From assembly GCA_964523705.1 (NCBI GenBank), contig CAZFYA010000002.1:47114-111113 (forward strand): a stretch of DNA of 64,000 nucleotides. Direction: 5' to 3'. Both the position numbers and the translations under genes were made by a program. Under the pieces are notes generated by a model, which was given only the letters and a program-made list of their open reading frames with translations, made no database searches and was not told where the DNA came from. The stretch is from an uncultured Gammaproteobacteria bacterium (GTDB lineage Bacteria; Patescibacteriota; Microgenomatia; Levybacterales; UBA12049). The stretch's first letter is position 1; each line of letters begins with the position of its first letter. This document shows positions 54,298 to 64,000 of this stretch, one piece after another.

Positions 54298-56256
54298 ATG
54301 AATATACAAATTTTAGACAGCTGGTTAAGAGAACATTTAAAAACTAAAGCAAATGCTTCTCAAATTGCTAAAACCTTGTCCTTAAGCAGTGTTTCTGTTG
54401 AGAAACTTGAAAAAAAAGGAACAGATTATCTTTACCACATTGAGGTTACCAGTAATAGACCTGATTTAATGTCAGTTTTAGGGATTGCAAGAGAAGCAGC
54501 TGCAACTCTATCAGAAATTGGAATTGAGGCGACTTTTATGCCTTTAAACATTGACAAAAAACAAATAAGTATAAAAGAAAAACTTCCTTTAACAATAGTA
54601 AATGATGAAAGTATTACTTATCGGGTTTTAGCTGCAATTTTAGAAGTAAAAGTTAAAAAATCTCCCAAGTTTATTGCTGAAAGACTTGAATCATCTAATA
54701 TTAGAAGCTTAAATAACTTAATTGATATTACAAACTACGTCATGCGGGAAGTTGGCCACCCATGCCATGTTTTTGATTATGACAGAATTGATACTCATAA
54801 AATAATTATTCGAAAATCAAAAAAAGGAGAAAAAATTAAAACCCTGGATGGTAAAGAGCATGTTTTAGAAGGAGATGATATTGTTGCCGATAATGGAAAA
54901 GGAGAAATTATTGATTTACTTGGAATAATGGGAGTAGCAAACAGCGTTGTAACTGAAAACACAAAAAGAATAATCCTATTTTTTGATAATAATAAGCCTT
55001 CACAAATTCGAAAAACCTCAATGAAACAAGGTATAAGAAGTGAAGCTGCAATTTTAAATGAAAAAGGAGTCGATAGAGAACTTGCCTTAACTGCAATGCA
55101 AAGAGGAATAAAACTTTATGAAGAATTTGCTGAAGGGAAATTATTATCAAATATTATTGATATTTACCCAGTAAAACAAAAGATTAAAGACATTAAGATA
55201 AGTGAGAAAAAGATAGAAAAAGTAATCGGCGTTCATATTCCCATTGAAAAATGCAAAAAAATATTAACTAAATTAAGCTTTGAGGTAAAAACAATAGGAA
55301 AAGAAATAATAGTAAGACCGCCAAGTTTTAGGGCAGAAGACATTACACTTCCCGAAGACTTAATTGAGGAAATTGGAAGAATCTATGGGTATGATAAACT
55401 ACCAAGCGTTATTGTTCCGCTTTTTCAAACGGATGAGAAACAAATAGAAAAAGACGAATACTTCTTAATAAAAAGAGTAAAAAATGCCTTAAAATACTGG
55501 GGTTTTACAGAATGCTATACCTATTCAATGGTTTCGGAAGAACTTTTAGAAGGACCAACTAATGATTCAGTTGAGATAGCAAACCCGATAAATGAAGACA
55601 TGGTTTACATGCGAAAAACTCTTATTCCAAGCTTGCTTGAAGTGATTAAGAAAAACTCCACCAAAAAAGAAATTAGAATTTTTGAAATATCTAACGTTTA
55701 TGAAAAAAGGGGAAATAAACTGCCAGCAGAAATACTTCATTTTGCAGGAATTGTAAAGAAAAACAATCTTTCCTTTTTTGAAGTAAAAGGAATTCTTGAA
55801 CAGTTATTAATTGATCTGGGAATTAAAAATGTTAAATTTAAAGAATCGGAAAGAGAAGTAAACGGCGCATCTCTTTTTATAAACAAAGAATATATCGGGG
55901 AAATACAAATTTTTGATGAAGATTTAATCAATTTTGAGCTAAATTTAGATGAAATTTTAAAGTTTGTAAATCTTAAAAAAAATTACAAACCACTAAGTAA
56001 ATTCCCGCCGGTTATTGAAGATTTAGCAATTATTGCTGATGAAAATGTAAAAACCAATGAGATAATAAAAAAGATTAAAGAACAAAGTGATTTAATCGAA
56101 GACGTTACGCTTTTAGACCAATATGAAAACACAAGAACATTTCATGTTATTTATCAACACTTTGAAAAGAACTTAACTAATAAAGAAGTATCTGAAATCA
56201 GAGAAAAAATCTTATCCTCTCTTAAATCAGCTTTTTCTGCCTACCTTAAAAAATAA
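54298..56256 (+). CDS. pheT: Phenylalanyl-tRNA synthetase beta subunit (short form)
   Basis: B3/4 domain, B5 domain (EDLIEEIGRIYGYD), C-terminal FDX-ACB-like region (FPPVIEDLAIIADE). 652 aa, versus about 800 aa in E. coli. Confidence 0.9.
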   Translation: MNIQILDSWLREHLKTKANASQIAKTLSLSSVSVEKLEKKGTDYLYHIEVTSNRPDLMSVLGIAREAAATLSEIGIEATFMPLNIDKKQISIKEKLPLTIVNDESITYRVLAAILEVKVKKSPKFIAERLESSNIRSLNNLIDITNYVMREVGHPCHVFDYDRIDTHKIIIRKSKKGEKIKTLDGKEHVLEGDDIVADNGKGEIIDLLGIMGVANSVVTENTKRIILFFDNNKPSQIRKTSMKQGIRSEAAILNEKGVDRELALTAMQRGIKLYEEFAEGKLLSNIIDIYPVKQKIKDIKISEKKIEKVIGVHIPIEKCKKILTKLSFEVKTIGKEIIVRPPSFRAEDITLPEDLIEEIGRIYGYDKLPSVIVPLFQTDEKQIEKDEYFLIKRVKNALKYWGFTECYTYSMVSEELLEGPTNDSVEIANPINEDMVYMRKTLIPSLLEVIKKNSTKKEIRIFEISNVYEKRGNKLPAEILHFAGIVKKNNLSFFEVKGILEQLLIDLGIKNVKFKESEREVNGASLFINKEYIGEIQIFDEDLINFELNLDEILKFVNLKKNYKPLSKFPPVIEDLAIIADENVKTNEIIKKIKEQSDLIEDVTLLDQYENTRTFHVIYQHFEKNLTNKEVSEIREKILSSLKSAFSAYLKK

Positions 56257-56259
56257 ATT

Positions 56260-57231
56260 ATGCAAAAGTATGTTTTCCTAAATGATAGAATTTATGGAAA
56301 AGTAAAAATTACTTCTCCTGTTATTTTAGAGCTTCTTAGCTCAAAGCCTTTATTGAGGCTTAAAAATATTGGACAGTTTGGTGTCCCTGATGAATTTTAT
56401 CATTTAAAAAATTATTCAAGATATGAACATAGCTTAGGAGTAATGATATTATTAAAAACTTTAGGAGTAGATGAGGAGGAACAGATTGCAGGACTTTTAC
56501 ATGATATATCACATACTGCGTTCTCTCATGTAATTGACTGGGTGGTAGGAGAGGGACACACTGAAGACTACCAGGATAGTCAACATGAAAAACATATTTT
56601 AGATAAAAAAATATCTTTAATTTTAGAAAAACATAAAATTAATCCCTTAAGAATTGCAAATCATCAAAACTTCCCACTTTTAGAAAAAGATATTCCAAAC
56701 CTTTGCGCAGATAGAATTGATTACTCCTTAAGAGAATTTCCGCTAAAAATCGCTAAAAAATGCTTTAGGGGATTAAACGTAATTGATGAAAAAATTGTTT
56801 TTAACAATAAAGAAATAGCTTTTCTTTTTGCTAAATATTTCTTAAACAGAAACCTTGAGCATTGGGGAGGCTTTGAGGCAGTGAATAGATACCGGCTTTT
56901 TGCAAACATCTTAAAAATTGCTTTAGATAGAAAAGAAATTACATTTAGTGATTTTCAAAAAGACGATTTATATATTCAAAACATTCTAAAACAAAGTAAG
57001 GATAAAAAAATACAGAAAATCTTATTTGTACTTAGAAATAAATCGCTTAATAAATTTTTAAAAAGTAAAAAAATTGCTCATAAGAAATTCAGATATGTTG
57101 ACCCATTAGTTTATAAAAACAATAAGTTTTTAAAATTAGGCGAAATTGATTTTCGTTTCAAAAACATGCTCGATAAAAAAAGAGAGATTAACAAAAGAGG
57201 AGTAAGGCTATTAAAAATAGCTACGGAGTAG
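56260..57231 (+). CDS. HD-domain metal-dependent phosphohydrolase (dGTPase-like)
   Basis: YEHSLGV ... LLHDISHTAFSH ... CADRIDYSLRE. Confidence 0.65.
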   Translation: MQKYVFLNDRIYGKVKITSPVILELLSSKPLLRLKNIGQFGVPDEFYHLKNYSRYEHSLGVMILLKTLGVDEEEQIAGLLHDISHTAFSHVIDWVVGEGHTEDYQDSQHEKHILDKKISLILEKHKINPLRIANHQNFPLLEKDIPNLCADRIDYSLREFPLKIAKKCFRGLNVIDEKIVFNNKEIAFLFAKYFLNRNLEHWGGFEAVNRYRLFANILKIALDRKEITFSDFQKDDLYIQNILKQSKDKKIQKILFVLRNKSLNKFLKSKKIAHKKFRYVDPLVYKNNKFLKLGEIDFRFKNMLDKKREINKRGVRLLKIATE

Positions 57232-59611
57232 GTGTTGGAGTAAGCTCAGGTGTTACTGTTGGCTCTTCTTCCTCTTTTTTCTCTGTTGCTTTTCTTTCTG
57301 ATTTCTCTGTTGGCGGATGATATAAAGAATCATCCTTATAATTATCTTTTAACCAGTCATTAATCCCATCCTGCCAACGATTTCTTCCATCAGTTGATAT
57401 TGGGTCTTTTTCCTCAAAAACAATAAACTTTTTAGTGTCATAATCATCATGTTCAATTTCAGAATCACTGGCAAGCTTACTTCCGTTATCTTCTTTGGAC
57501 ACTTTTACGTCCTGATAAATTGCTGCTAGTCCTTGTGGTTCTGTTCCTTTAATGTAATATTCGGTTCTGGTTGCCTGTCCATCTGCCGGAAGACCTCCTC
57601 CTAATGCATCAATTGTTAAGGCTAATACATTATCAGGTTTTTTAAATTCTTCGTTTGGTAAATCCTTTATTGCCTCTAGTATTACATTTCTCCAAATTGG
57701 CGTTGCACCGGTAACTCCTGAAGCAACTGCGCCCATTTCGCTGTTATCATTGTTTCCAACCCAGCCTAAGACCAAAACGTTTGGCGTCCAACCAACAGCC
57801 CAGTTATCTCTTTTATCATCTGTTGTACCAGTTTTAACGGCAATCTCCCTTGTTCTAATATTTAAATAGCTGTTTTCTCCAAAGGTAATCAGTCTTGCAT
57901 TATTATCAAGTAAAATATGGGAGATTATAAAGGCAATTTCTTCTTTCAAAACTCTTTTTTTAGAACTGGTTTCTTTATATTCATATAATACTTTCCCTTT
58001 CCTATCAGTTACTTTAAGAATTGCAACCGGTTCAACCTTATATCCTCCATTGGCAAAAGCACAATAGGCAGTAGCCAGCTCAAGCGGCACAACCTCTCCT
58101 CCTCCTAAAGTAATTGATAAACCAAATCTTGAAACATTACTTGAAGTCGGTTCAAAGGTTGAAATTCCCATATTATATGCTGTCTCAAGCATGTTTTTAA
58201 TACCAACCATAGCCAACATTTTAACAGCCGGTATATTAAGTGATGAACCAAGGGCAAACCTTACCTGAACAGGACCATGATATTTTCCATCGTAATTAAC
58301 CGGTACATAATCTTCTCCTCCTTGATTTGGAAATACGGTTTTTGTATCCAAAATTACAGTTGATGCAGTATATCCTTTATCAAGCGCTGTAGCATAAGTA
58401 ACCGGCTTAATAGAGGAACCGGGCTGTCTTAAACCCTGGGTAATAACATTAAATTGTCCCTCAAAGGAAACATCTCCCTTAGTACTTGCTGCTTTGGTTG
58501 CAAAAAAATCTCTGCTTCCAACCAGGGATAAAATCTCACCGTTTTTAGGATCAAGCACAACACTTGCTCCATTTCCAACTTTTAAGTTTTTAGCTTTTGC
58601 TACTTCATCTTTAACTATTTCTTCTGCTTTTTTTTGTAAGTCATAATTAAGTGTTGTGGTTACCTGAAGACCGCCTGTTTCAACCATTTGCTCACCAAAC
58701 TTTTCAACCAATAAGTTTCTAACATAAAAAGAAAAATGTGGAGCCTTAATAGAATGACTCTTTGGTAAAAACTTAACGCTTGGTAATTTAGCAACTGCAT
58801 CTTTTTCCTGTTTATCTGTAATATATCCATCTTCTCTCATTCTTCTTAAAACATCCTTAGTCCTATTAATATATGCTTTAGGGTGAAATCCATAAGGATA
58901 AAAATATGAGGGGCTTTGGGGCATCCCTGCAAGAATTGCACATTCAATTAAGTCTAAATCTTCAACTTTTTTACCAAAATAGTTTTCAGCTGCTGTTTCA
59001 ACACCAACATTTGTACCACCATAGGGAACGTTGTTTAAGTAAAGCTCAAGTATCTCATCTTTTGAATATTTTCTATCAACCTCAACTGCTAAAATAAATT
59101 CCTTAATTTTTCTTGGAATTGTTCGCTCAGCTGAAATCAGTGTATTTCTAACCAGTTGCTGGGTTAGCGTTGAACCTCCGGTAATTCCCCTAAAAGTAAT
59201 TGCTCTTAAAAATGACCTTGCATATCCTGCAATGGAATAGCTTTTATGTGAGTAGAAATCCTTGTCTTCAATTGCAATTGTGCCTTCTTTTAAATACTTT
59301 GGCATTTTAGAAAGCTCAACATAAGTTCTGTTTTGCTGATCATAAATATCGTAAAGAACAACACCGTCTCTATCTAGAATTCTTGTAGACTGGGGAATAT
59401 TTCCATCTGATAATTTTCCAGGAGTTGGTAAATCTCTTGAATACCAAAGAAATAGAACAACTACAAAGAGAATAAGACCAATTAAGCCAAAGAAAACATA
59501 TTTTGTTATCTTATTCGCCTTAAAAATCTTAGAAGGCCGCTTAAGCCTTTTTCTTCTTGATCTTCTTGAATAATCCATCATTAATGTAAAGTATAGCAAA
59601 TTTACTCTCAA
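57221..59611 (-). CDS. Class A penicillin-binding protein (bifunctional transglycosylase/transpeptidase, PBP1A-like)
   Basis: GT51 motifs (IAIEDKDFYSH, GGSTLTQQ, RKIKEF). Transpeptidase SxxK (GSSIKP), SLN, KTGTT. N-terminal TM anchor. TPTP-rich C-terminal tail. Confidence 0.9.
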   Translation of the reverse strand: MRVNLLYFTLMMDYSRRSRRKRLKRPSKIFKANKITKYVFFGLIGLILFVVVLFLWYSRDLPTPGKLSDGNIPQSTRILDRDGVVLYDIYDQQNRTYVELSKMPKYLKEGTIAIEDKDFYSHKSYSIAGYARSFLRAITFRGITGGSTLTQQLVRNTLISAERTIPRKIKEFILAVEVDRKYSKDEILELYLNNVPYGGTNVGVETAAENYFGKKVEDLDLIECAILAGMPQSPSYFYPYGFHPKAYINRTKDVLRRMREDGYITDKQEKDAVAKLPSVKFLPKSHSIKAPHFSFYVRNLLVEKFGEQMVETGGLQVTTTLNYDLQKKAEEIVKDEVAKAKNLKVGNGASVVLDPKNGEILSLVGSRDFFATKAASTKGDVSFEGQFNVITQGLRQPGSSIKPVTYATALDKGYTASTVILDTKTVFPNQGGEDYVPVNYDGKYHGPVQVRFALGSSLNIPAVKMLAMVGIKNMLETAYNMGISTFEPTSSNVSRFGLSITLGGGEVVPLELATAYCAFANGGYKVEPVAILKVTDRKGKVLYEYKETSSKKRVLKEEIAFIISHILLDNNARLITFGENSYLNIRTREIAVKTGTTDDKRDNWAVGWTPNVLVLGWVGNNDNSEMGAVASGVTGATPIWRNVILEAIKDLPNEEFKKPDNVLALTIDALGGGLPADGQATRTEYYIKGTEPQGLAAIYQDVKVSKEDNGSKLASDSEIEHDDYDTKKFIVFEEKDPISTDGRNRWQDGINDWLKDNYKDDSLYHPPTEKSERKATEKKEEEEPTVTPELTPTPTP

Positions 59612-59636
59612 ACTTAAAATATGCTATACTTTCGAT

Positions 59637-60800
59637 ATGGAAAAAATTGATGAAATATTAAATAGGGGAGTAGCAAATATTATTCCCTCCAAAAAACTTT
59701 TAGAAAAAGAGTTAAAATCAGGAAGAAAATTAAACATTTATTTGGGAATTGACCCAACCTTTACACAGCTTCATTTAGGAAATGCAGTTGCTTTAAGAAA
59801 AATTCAGCAATTTGCCAATGCAGGACATTATGTTACATTTTTAATCGGCGATTATACCTGTTTAATCGGTGATACTTCAGATAAAGATTCACCGCGCCCT
59901 GCATTATCAGTTGAAGAGATTAACAGTAATTTTAAAACATATAAGAAACAGGCTGAAAAGATTTTGGATTTTTCAAAAGTAATCGTTAGGTATAACAGTG
60001 AATGGCTTAAAAAATTAGATTACGAACAGATAATAAAACTTACAAGACATTTTACCTTAGGAGATTTTATCTCAAGAGAGTTAATTAAAAAAAGACTAAA
60101 TAGCGGAAAAATGATTAACCTCTCAGAAGTCTTGTATCCTGTTGCGCAAGGATATGACAGTTATTGCATGGATACAGATGTTCAAGTGGGTGGAACAGAT
60201 CAAACCTTTAATATCCAAGCAGGGAGAACTCTTCAAAAGAACTTAAGAGGTAAAGAATCATTTGTCTTAACAGTTCCGCTTCTTGAAGGGATTGACGGTA
60301 GAAAAATGAGTAAGTCCTATCAAAACGCAATTTGGTTAGATGATAAACCAAATGACATGTATAGAAAAGTAATGGCAATAAAAGATAATTTAATAATGAA
60401 TTATCTTACCCTAGCAAGTAATGTACCAATGGAAGAATTAGAAAAGCTTGAAAAACTTTCAAAAAACGATCCAATGGCTGCTAAGAAGAAACTTGCATTT
60501 GCAATTACTTCAGAACTGCATTCTGAAAAAGACGCTAAGGAAGCCGAAGAAAACTTTAAGAAAACAGTTCAGGAAAAAGGCTTACCAACTGATATTCCTG
60601 AAATTAAATTTAAAAAAAATCAAAAAATTGAAGATTTATTAGTTGAAAAAAATATTATTGACAGTAAATCAAAGGTAAAAAGACTAGGGGAGCAGCAAGG
60701 ATTAATTCTAAACGATAAAAAAATCAAATCAGACGATACTGCTAAAGAAGGGATTTTAAGAATAGGGAGAAATAGGTATTATAAATTAGTTTTTTCTTAA
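59637..60800 (+). CDS. tyrS: Tyrosyl-tRNA synthetase
   Basis: HIGH-type motif (TFTQLHLGN), KMSKS, GGTDQ, C-terminal S4-like domain. Confidence 0.85.
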   Translation: MEKIDEILNRGVANIIPSKKLLEKELKSGRKLNIYLGIDPTFTQLHLGNAVALRKIQQFANAGHYVTFLIGDYTCLIGDTSDKDSPRPALSVEEINSNFKTYKKQAEKILDFSKVIVRYNSEWLKKLDYEQIIKLTRHFTLGDFISRELIKKRLNSGKMINLSEVLYPVAQGYDSYCMDTDVQVGGTDQTFNIQAGRTLQKNLRGKESFVLTVPLLEGIDGRKMSKSYQNAIWLDDKPNDMYRKVMAIKDNLIMNYLTLASNVPMEELEKLEKLSKNDPMAAKKKLAFAITSELHSEKDAKEAEENFKKTVQEKGLPTDIPEIKFKKNQKIEDLLVEKNIIDSKSKVKRLGEQQGLILNDKKIKSDDTAKEGILRIGRNRYYKLVFS

Positions 60801-61218
60801 CTTCTTTAATACTTCTTTCATTTTTCCTTCAGTGTTCTCTATTTTTATCTAGCTAGGCTGTAGCGAGCCTTCGGAAGGTTTCTTCATATTGTTTTATACC
60901 TTTATTAATAGCTTTTTTTATTATTTGTGCTTTTTTAGGATTATTTTTTTCGTATTTTTTAGCTGCAACATTTGTCATAAAAATATTATATCAAATATCG
61001 TATTAACTCCACAATAAAAGCATTTTTAATAATTATTGAAGCTAAAAAAAGTATTCTTTTTCTTGTCAGGTCTTTAAAAAAAGAAGATTAGTGGGAATTA
61101 TTCAAATGCTACGCATAAATAAATCATAGCAATATAAAGAGCAACTCCCAAATAAATAGCGATTAAGATTTTAAAAAAAATTCTATAAGGTTTTGCCATA
61201 ATAGCATTGCTATATCAA

Positions 61219-61413
61219 TTAGCGGAAAATTTTAGCTTTTAGTTTTTTAAGAACAATATACAACACTAGTAATACATAGAAAATTAAATAAAAAATATCT
61301 GATGGAAATGTATAAGGATAAATATATCCATCGCTATCAGGAACTAAATTATCAATAGCAAAGACAGCGAATAAAGTTGCTATTACAAAAAGAATGATTT
61401 TTAGTTTTTTCAT
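61219..61413 (-). CDS. Small two-TM membrane protein (64 aa)
   Basis: Hydrophobic ORF. TATAAT 8 nt upstream of the ATG. Confidence 0.3.
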   Translation of the reverse strand: MKKLKIILFVIATLFAVFAIDNLVPDSDGYIYPYTFPSDIFYLIFYVLLVLYIVLKKLKAKIFR

Positions 61414-61552
61414 AGTTTAATTATAGCAATTTGACACCTTTAAAAAAATAAAATTTATGATTGACGACAATAACAAAGGACAGCAATAAATAGCAAGAGT
61501 ATCTGATCTCATTGATTGTGCAACACGGTGGTTAATTTTGACTTGAAATGTA

Positions 61553-62161
61553 ATGTCTGCTATAAGAACAATACAGTTTAAAATGAGAAAGGTTTTTAAA
61601 GGCAGAAAAAAGTATATTACAGTACCAATAGCTATTATAGTTGGGTTATTTTTTCTTCCCTTAACGATCTTATTTTTAACTACCTGGCTAGTTAATTCAA
61701 AGGTTTCAAATAAAAAAATAAAAAGTGCTAGCTTTTCTGTAATCGGAGTATTAGCTTTGTTGTTTAGCTCTGCCTATGCAGTCGGAATTACTAATCCTTC
61801 AACGCGAACAGAAAATATTAAAGAACAAACTACAACCAAAGCTAAAACAATAGATGAAGAAAATAAAATCACTTCGACGCCAACATTAGCTGCTATAAAA
61901 ACTCAAACTCCAACCATTACCTTAAAACCTACTAAAACACCCACTCCTACATCTAAACCAACCGCAATACCTGTAGAAAAAACATGGACCCCTATCCCTA
62001 CTCAAGCTCCACAATTATCTGAAGAATTTACTTGTGCCGGTAAAACTACTTGTGGAGAAATGTCTTCTTGTAGTGAAGCTTACTTCTATTTAAATAGTTG
62101 TGGTGTAAGCAGCTTAGACAAAGACAAAGACGGTATTCCATGTGAAAGCATATGTATGTAA
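61553..62161 (+). CDS. Membrane-anchored protein with Thr/Pro-rich linker and C-terminal Excalibur (calcium-binding) domain
   Basis: TM helix. TPTLAAIKTQTPTITLKPTKTPTPTSKPT linker. C-terminal CAGKTTCGEMSSCSEAYFYLNSCGVSSLDKDKDGIPCESIC (DxDxDGxxCE). Start may be at M11 (61583). Confidence 0.55.
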   Translation: MSAIRTIQFKMRKVFKGRKKYITVPIAIIVGLFFLPLTILFLTTWLVNSKVSNKKIKSASFSVIGVLALLFSSAYAVGITNPSTRTENIKEQTTTKAKTIDEENKITSTPTLAAIKTQTPTITLKPTKTPTPTSKPTAIPVEKTWTPIPTQAPQLSEEFTCAGKTTCGEMSSCSEAYFYLNSCGVSSLDKDKDGIPCESICM

Positions 62162-62247
62162 TTAAAATTAAACTCTTGACAAACACTTATTATTGTAAGA
62201 TATAATATAGATGGTCGCCAGGTAATGGCGCCCATCGAAAACAGGTC

Positions 62248-63030
62248 TTAGCTAAAAAAGCGAAGACCTTTTTTCGTATTATCGGGGAAGAATTTAAGCC
62301 CAAAACCGTCTAAAACTTCATTTTGAATATATAGCTTAGGTAGAGTTAGCTCATCAAATCTCCAGTATTCCCCCTTTGCTTTATTATATTCGAAGATATG
62401 AAATACAGGATAGCAATATAAGTCAGCAATCTGAATTCCTATGGTTTTATCAGAAGTAGAAAACAAAAGTCTTTCAATGATATTAGGGCATTTATTTAAT
62501 ATCCCACTAGGATTCCATCTCATTTGGTTGTGAAGCCTATCTAGCTCTTGACCGATAAAGTTTTTCTCTACTTGACCCTCTCTAGGGTCGATTATACAAA
62601 TTCCATAAGAATTTTTGCTTTTAAGATATTTTTGAAATCGTTCAAGAAGAAAAGCATATGCTATATCATAAGGGTTTTGAGAAGGGTATTGTTGCCAATA
62701 AGCAGTCTTATCAATAACGATAGAATAGAGAGTAATTGGAATTTTATTAAGAAAACTAGTCATATCTTTTTCCAGTTCATCATATTTTGCTCTGTCGTTA
62801 AGCTTTATCGGAGACGATTCTTTCAAGTCAGGATTTGCATAACGAAGGAAATTTGATTTGATTTCAATATCCGGATTTTGAAAAAATTTAGTTTTTATAT
62901 CCCTAAGGTCCTTCTCAATTCTAGGAATATCGTTCTCAAAGACTATACATCCAGTCAATGCTAGAAATTTCTTCCCACCTTGATTTAGGGAAATTGTGTC
63001 TCCTGATTCATCGATATACATTATGTGCAT
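62248..63030 (-). CDS. DUF3800-family protein
   Basis: N-terminal M(H/I)MYIDESG signature of DUF3800. About 255 aa. Confidence 0.6.
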   Translation of the reverse strand: MHIMYIDESGDTISLNQGGKKFLALTGCIVFENDIPRIEKDLRDIKTKFFQNPDIEIKSNFLRYANPDLKESSPIKLNDRAKYDELEKDMTSFLNKIPITLYSIVIDKTAYWQQYPSQNPYDIAYAFLLERFQKYLKSKNSYGICIIDPREGQVEKNFIGQELDRLHNQMRWNPSGILNKCPNIIERLLFSTSDKTIGIQIADLYCYPVFHIFEYNKAKGEYWRFDELTLPKLYIQNEVLDGFGLKFFPDNTKKGLRFFS

Positions 63031-63273
63031 AATATTATTATACCCCTCTATTTATCTATGTCTAGCATATTGACTTAGCAAGCTAAAAACTAGAATACTT
63101 GGGATATCCCAGCATTCCTTAGACATCTTCTTAAATTTTTGGTATTATTATCTTCATGGAAATATTTAGAAAACATACTTGGATCTGGAAAATAATTATA
63201 GCAGTGGCAACTATTGCTTTAATTGCAACATCTTTTTTACCATTTCTTTTTCTTCAGTAATACTTAGATACTT

Positions 63274-64000
63274 ATGAACTTACAAACTTCCGTTAAAGAA
63301 GCCTCAAGGGCATATAAGATGTATTCCTCCCGTCTTGAAAAACTGGGAATAACAAAAGTTGAAGATTTTTTATTTCACATTCCTTTTAGATACGATGATT
63401 TTTCTTTAATTTCAAAAATAGCAGAAGTACAGGCCGGGGAAGTAGTAACTGTAAAAGGAAAAGTAGTTGATATTAAAAATGAGTATACAAGGTGGAAAAA
63501 GCTTCAAAAAGCAAAAGTAAAAGATGAAACAGGTGAAATTGATGTTATCTGGTTTAATCAACCATACCTTACTAAAACAATAAAAAAAGGGGATAAGATT
63601 TCTTTATCCGGAAAAGTAACTCTTTTTAGGAATACAAAAATGCTTCAGTCGCCTGATTTTGAAGTTATTTTTAATGAAAACGAAATAATTCATACCGGAA
63701 GAATGGTCCCAATTTATCCAGAAACTAGGGGGGTCAGTTCAAAATGGCTAAGAAGACAAGTACATAATCTTTTAAAAACAGCAGATATTAAAGAGTATTT
63801 ACCAAGTGAAATTCTTAAGAAGAATAATTTAATTGGCTTAAAAGATGCACTAAATAGAGTACATTTTCCAAAGACCCTTAATGAAGTAGAAAAAGCAAGA
63901 GAAAGATTGTCTTTTGATGAACTGTTTTTAATTCAGCTTAACTCATTAAAACGAAAAAAAGAGTGGGATGAAAAAAAACTTAAAAAACCGTTTAAGGTCT
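63274..64000 (+). CDS. recG: ATP-dependent DNA helicase RecG, N-terminal wedge domain; continues beyond the right edge
   Basis: FHIPFRYDDFS (wedge-domain motif), OB-fold region. The ORF stays open to the window end. Confidence 0.8.
   Translation, partial: MNLQTSVKEASRAYKMYSSRLEKLGITKVEDFLFHIPFRYDDFSLISKIAEVQAGEVVTVKGKVVDIKNEYTRWKKLQKAKVKDETGEIDVIWFNQPYLTKTIKKGDKISLSGKVTLFRNTKMLQSPDFEVIFNENEIIHTGRMVPIYPETRGVSSKWLRRQVHNLLKTADIKEYLPSEILKKNNLIGLKDALNRVHFPKTLNEVEKARERLSFDELFLIQLNSLKRKKEWDEKKLKKPFKV

Noticed and set aside
1-64000. CRISPR arrays, rRNA genes, IS elements, transposases, integrases
   Set aside because: I saw no regularly spaced direct repeats and no 16S, 23S or 5S signatures. There were no DDE or tyrosine-recombinase motifs. 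The only repeats are the short upstream element family and the 13-nt tRNA-end duplicate.

Overview
This is a low-GC, gene-dense bacterial window (about 90% coding or tRNA). The reduced, short-form housekeeping proteins look like a Candidate Phyla Radiation / Patescibacteria-type genome; this is inference from gene content, not a database hit. The largest coding blocks are as follows. A partial PEP synthase runs off the left edge, followed by sugar-phosphate isomerase and mutase genes. There is a secreted GH5-like glycosidase and a uvrA ... transglutaminase-like ... uvrC cluster. secG, rnhB, dinB, an MFS transporter, a D-Ala-D-Ala carboxypeptidase and truB are present. Two tandem MacAB-like HlyD/ABC-ATPase/FtsX-permease export modules follow. 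An ECF sigma/anti-sigma pair and glutamate dehydrogenase are present. A conserved thrS-infC-rpmI-rplT-pheS-pheT operon is followed by an HD hydrolase, a class A PBP and tyrS. A partial recG runs off the right edge. I parsed 19 tRNA genes by hand: Lys-UUU, Glu, Lys-CUU, Arg-UCG, His (with encoded G-1 and CCA), Arg-UCU, Gly-UCC, Leu-UAA, Pro, Gln, Gly-GCC, Phe, Val-UAC, Leu-GAG, Leu-CAG, Leu-UAG and Val-GAC. Several sit in clusters. I saw no rRNA, no CRISPR array and no recognisable transposase or integrase. The main leads are listed here. First, a conserved 22-nt upstream element (sometimes with a second box) precedes several leaderless genes and suggests a small regulon. Second, small GIY-YIG nuclease genes recur directly after tRNA genes, once next to a tRNA 3'-end fragment. 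Third, a LAGLIDADG-like/HTH gene overlaps tRNA-Gln. Fourth, a higher-GC islet of three unknown genes sits beside tRNA-Lys, with a 13-nt duplication of the tRNA 3' end. Fifth, an orphan 309-aa protein lies between tRNA clusters under a consensus promoter. Sixth, an ATP-cone/PD-(D/E)xK-like fusion protein is present. All coordinates and anticodons were derived by eye from the sequence and should be confirmed with tRNAscan-SE, Infernal and HMM searches.
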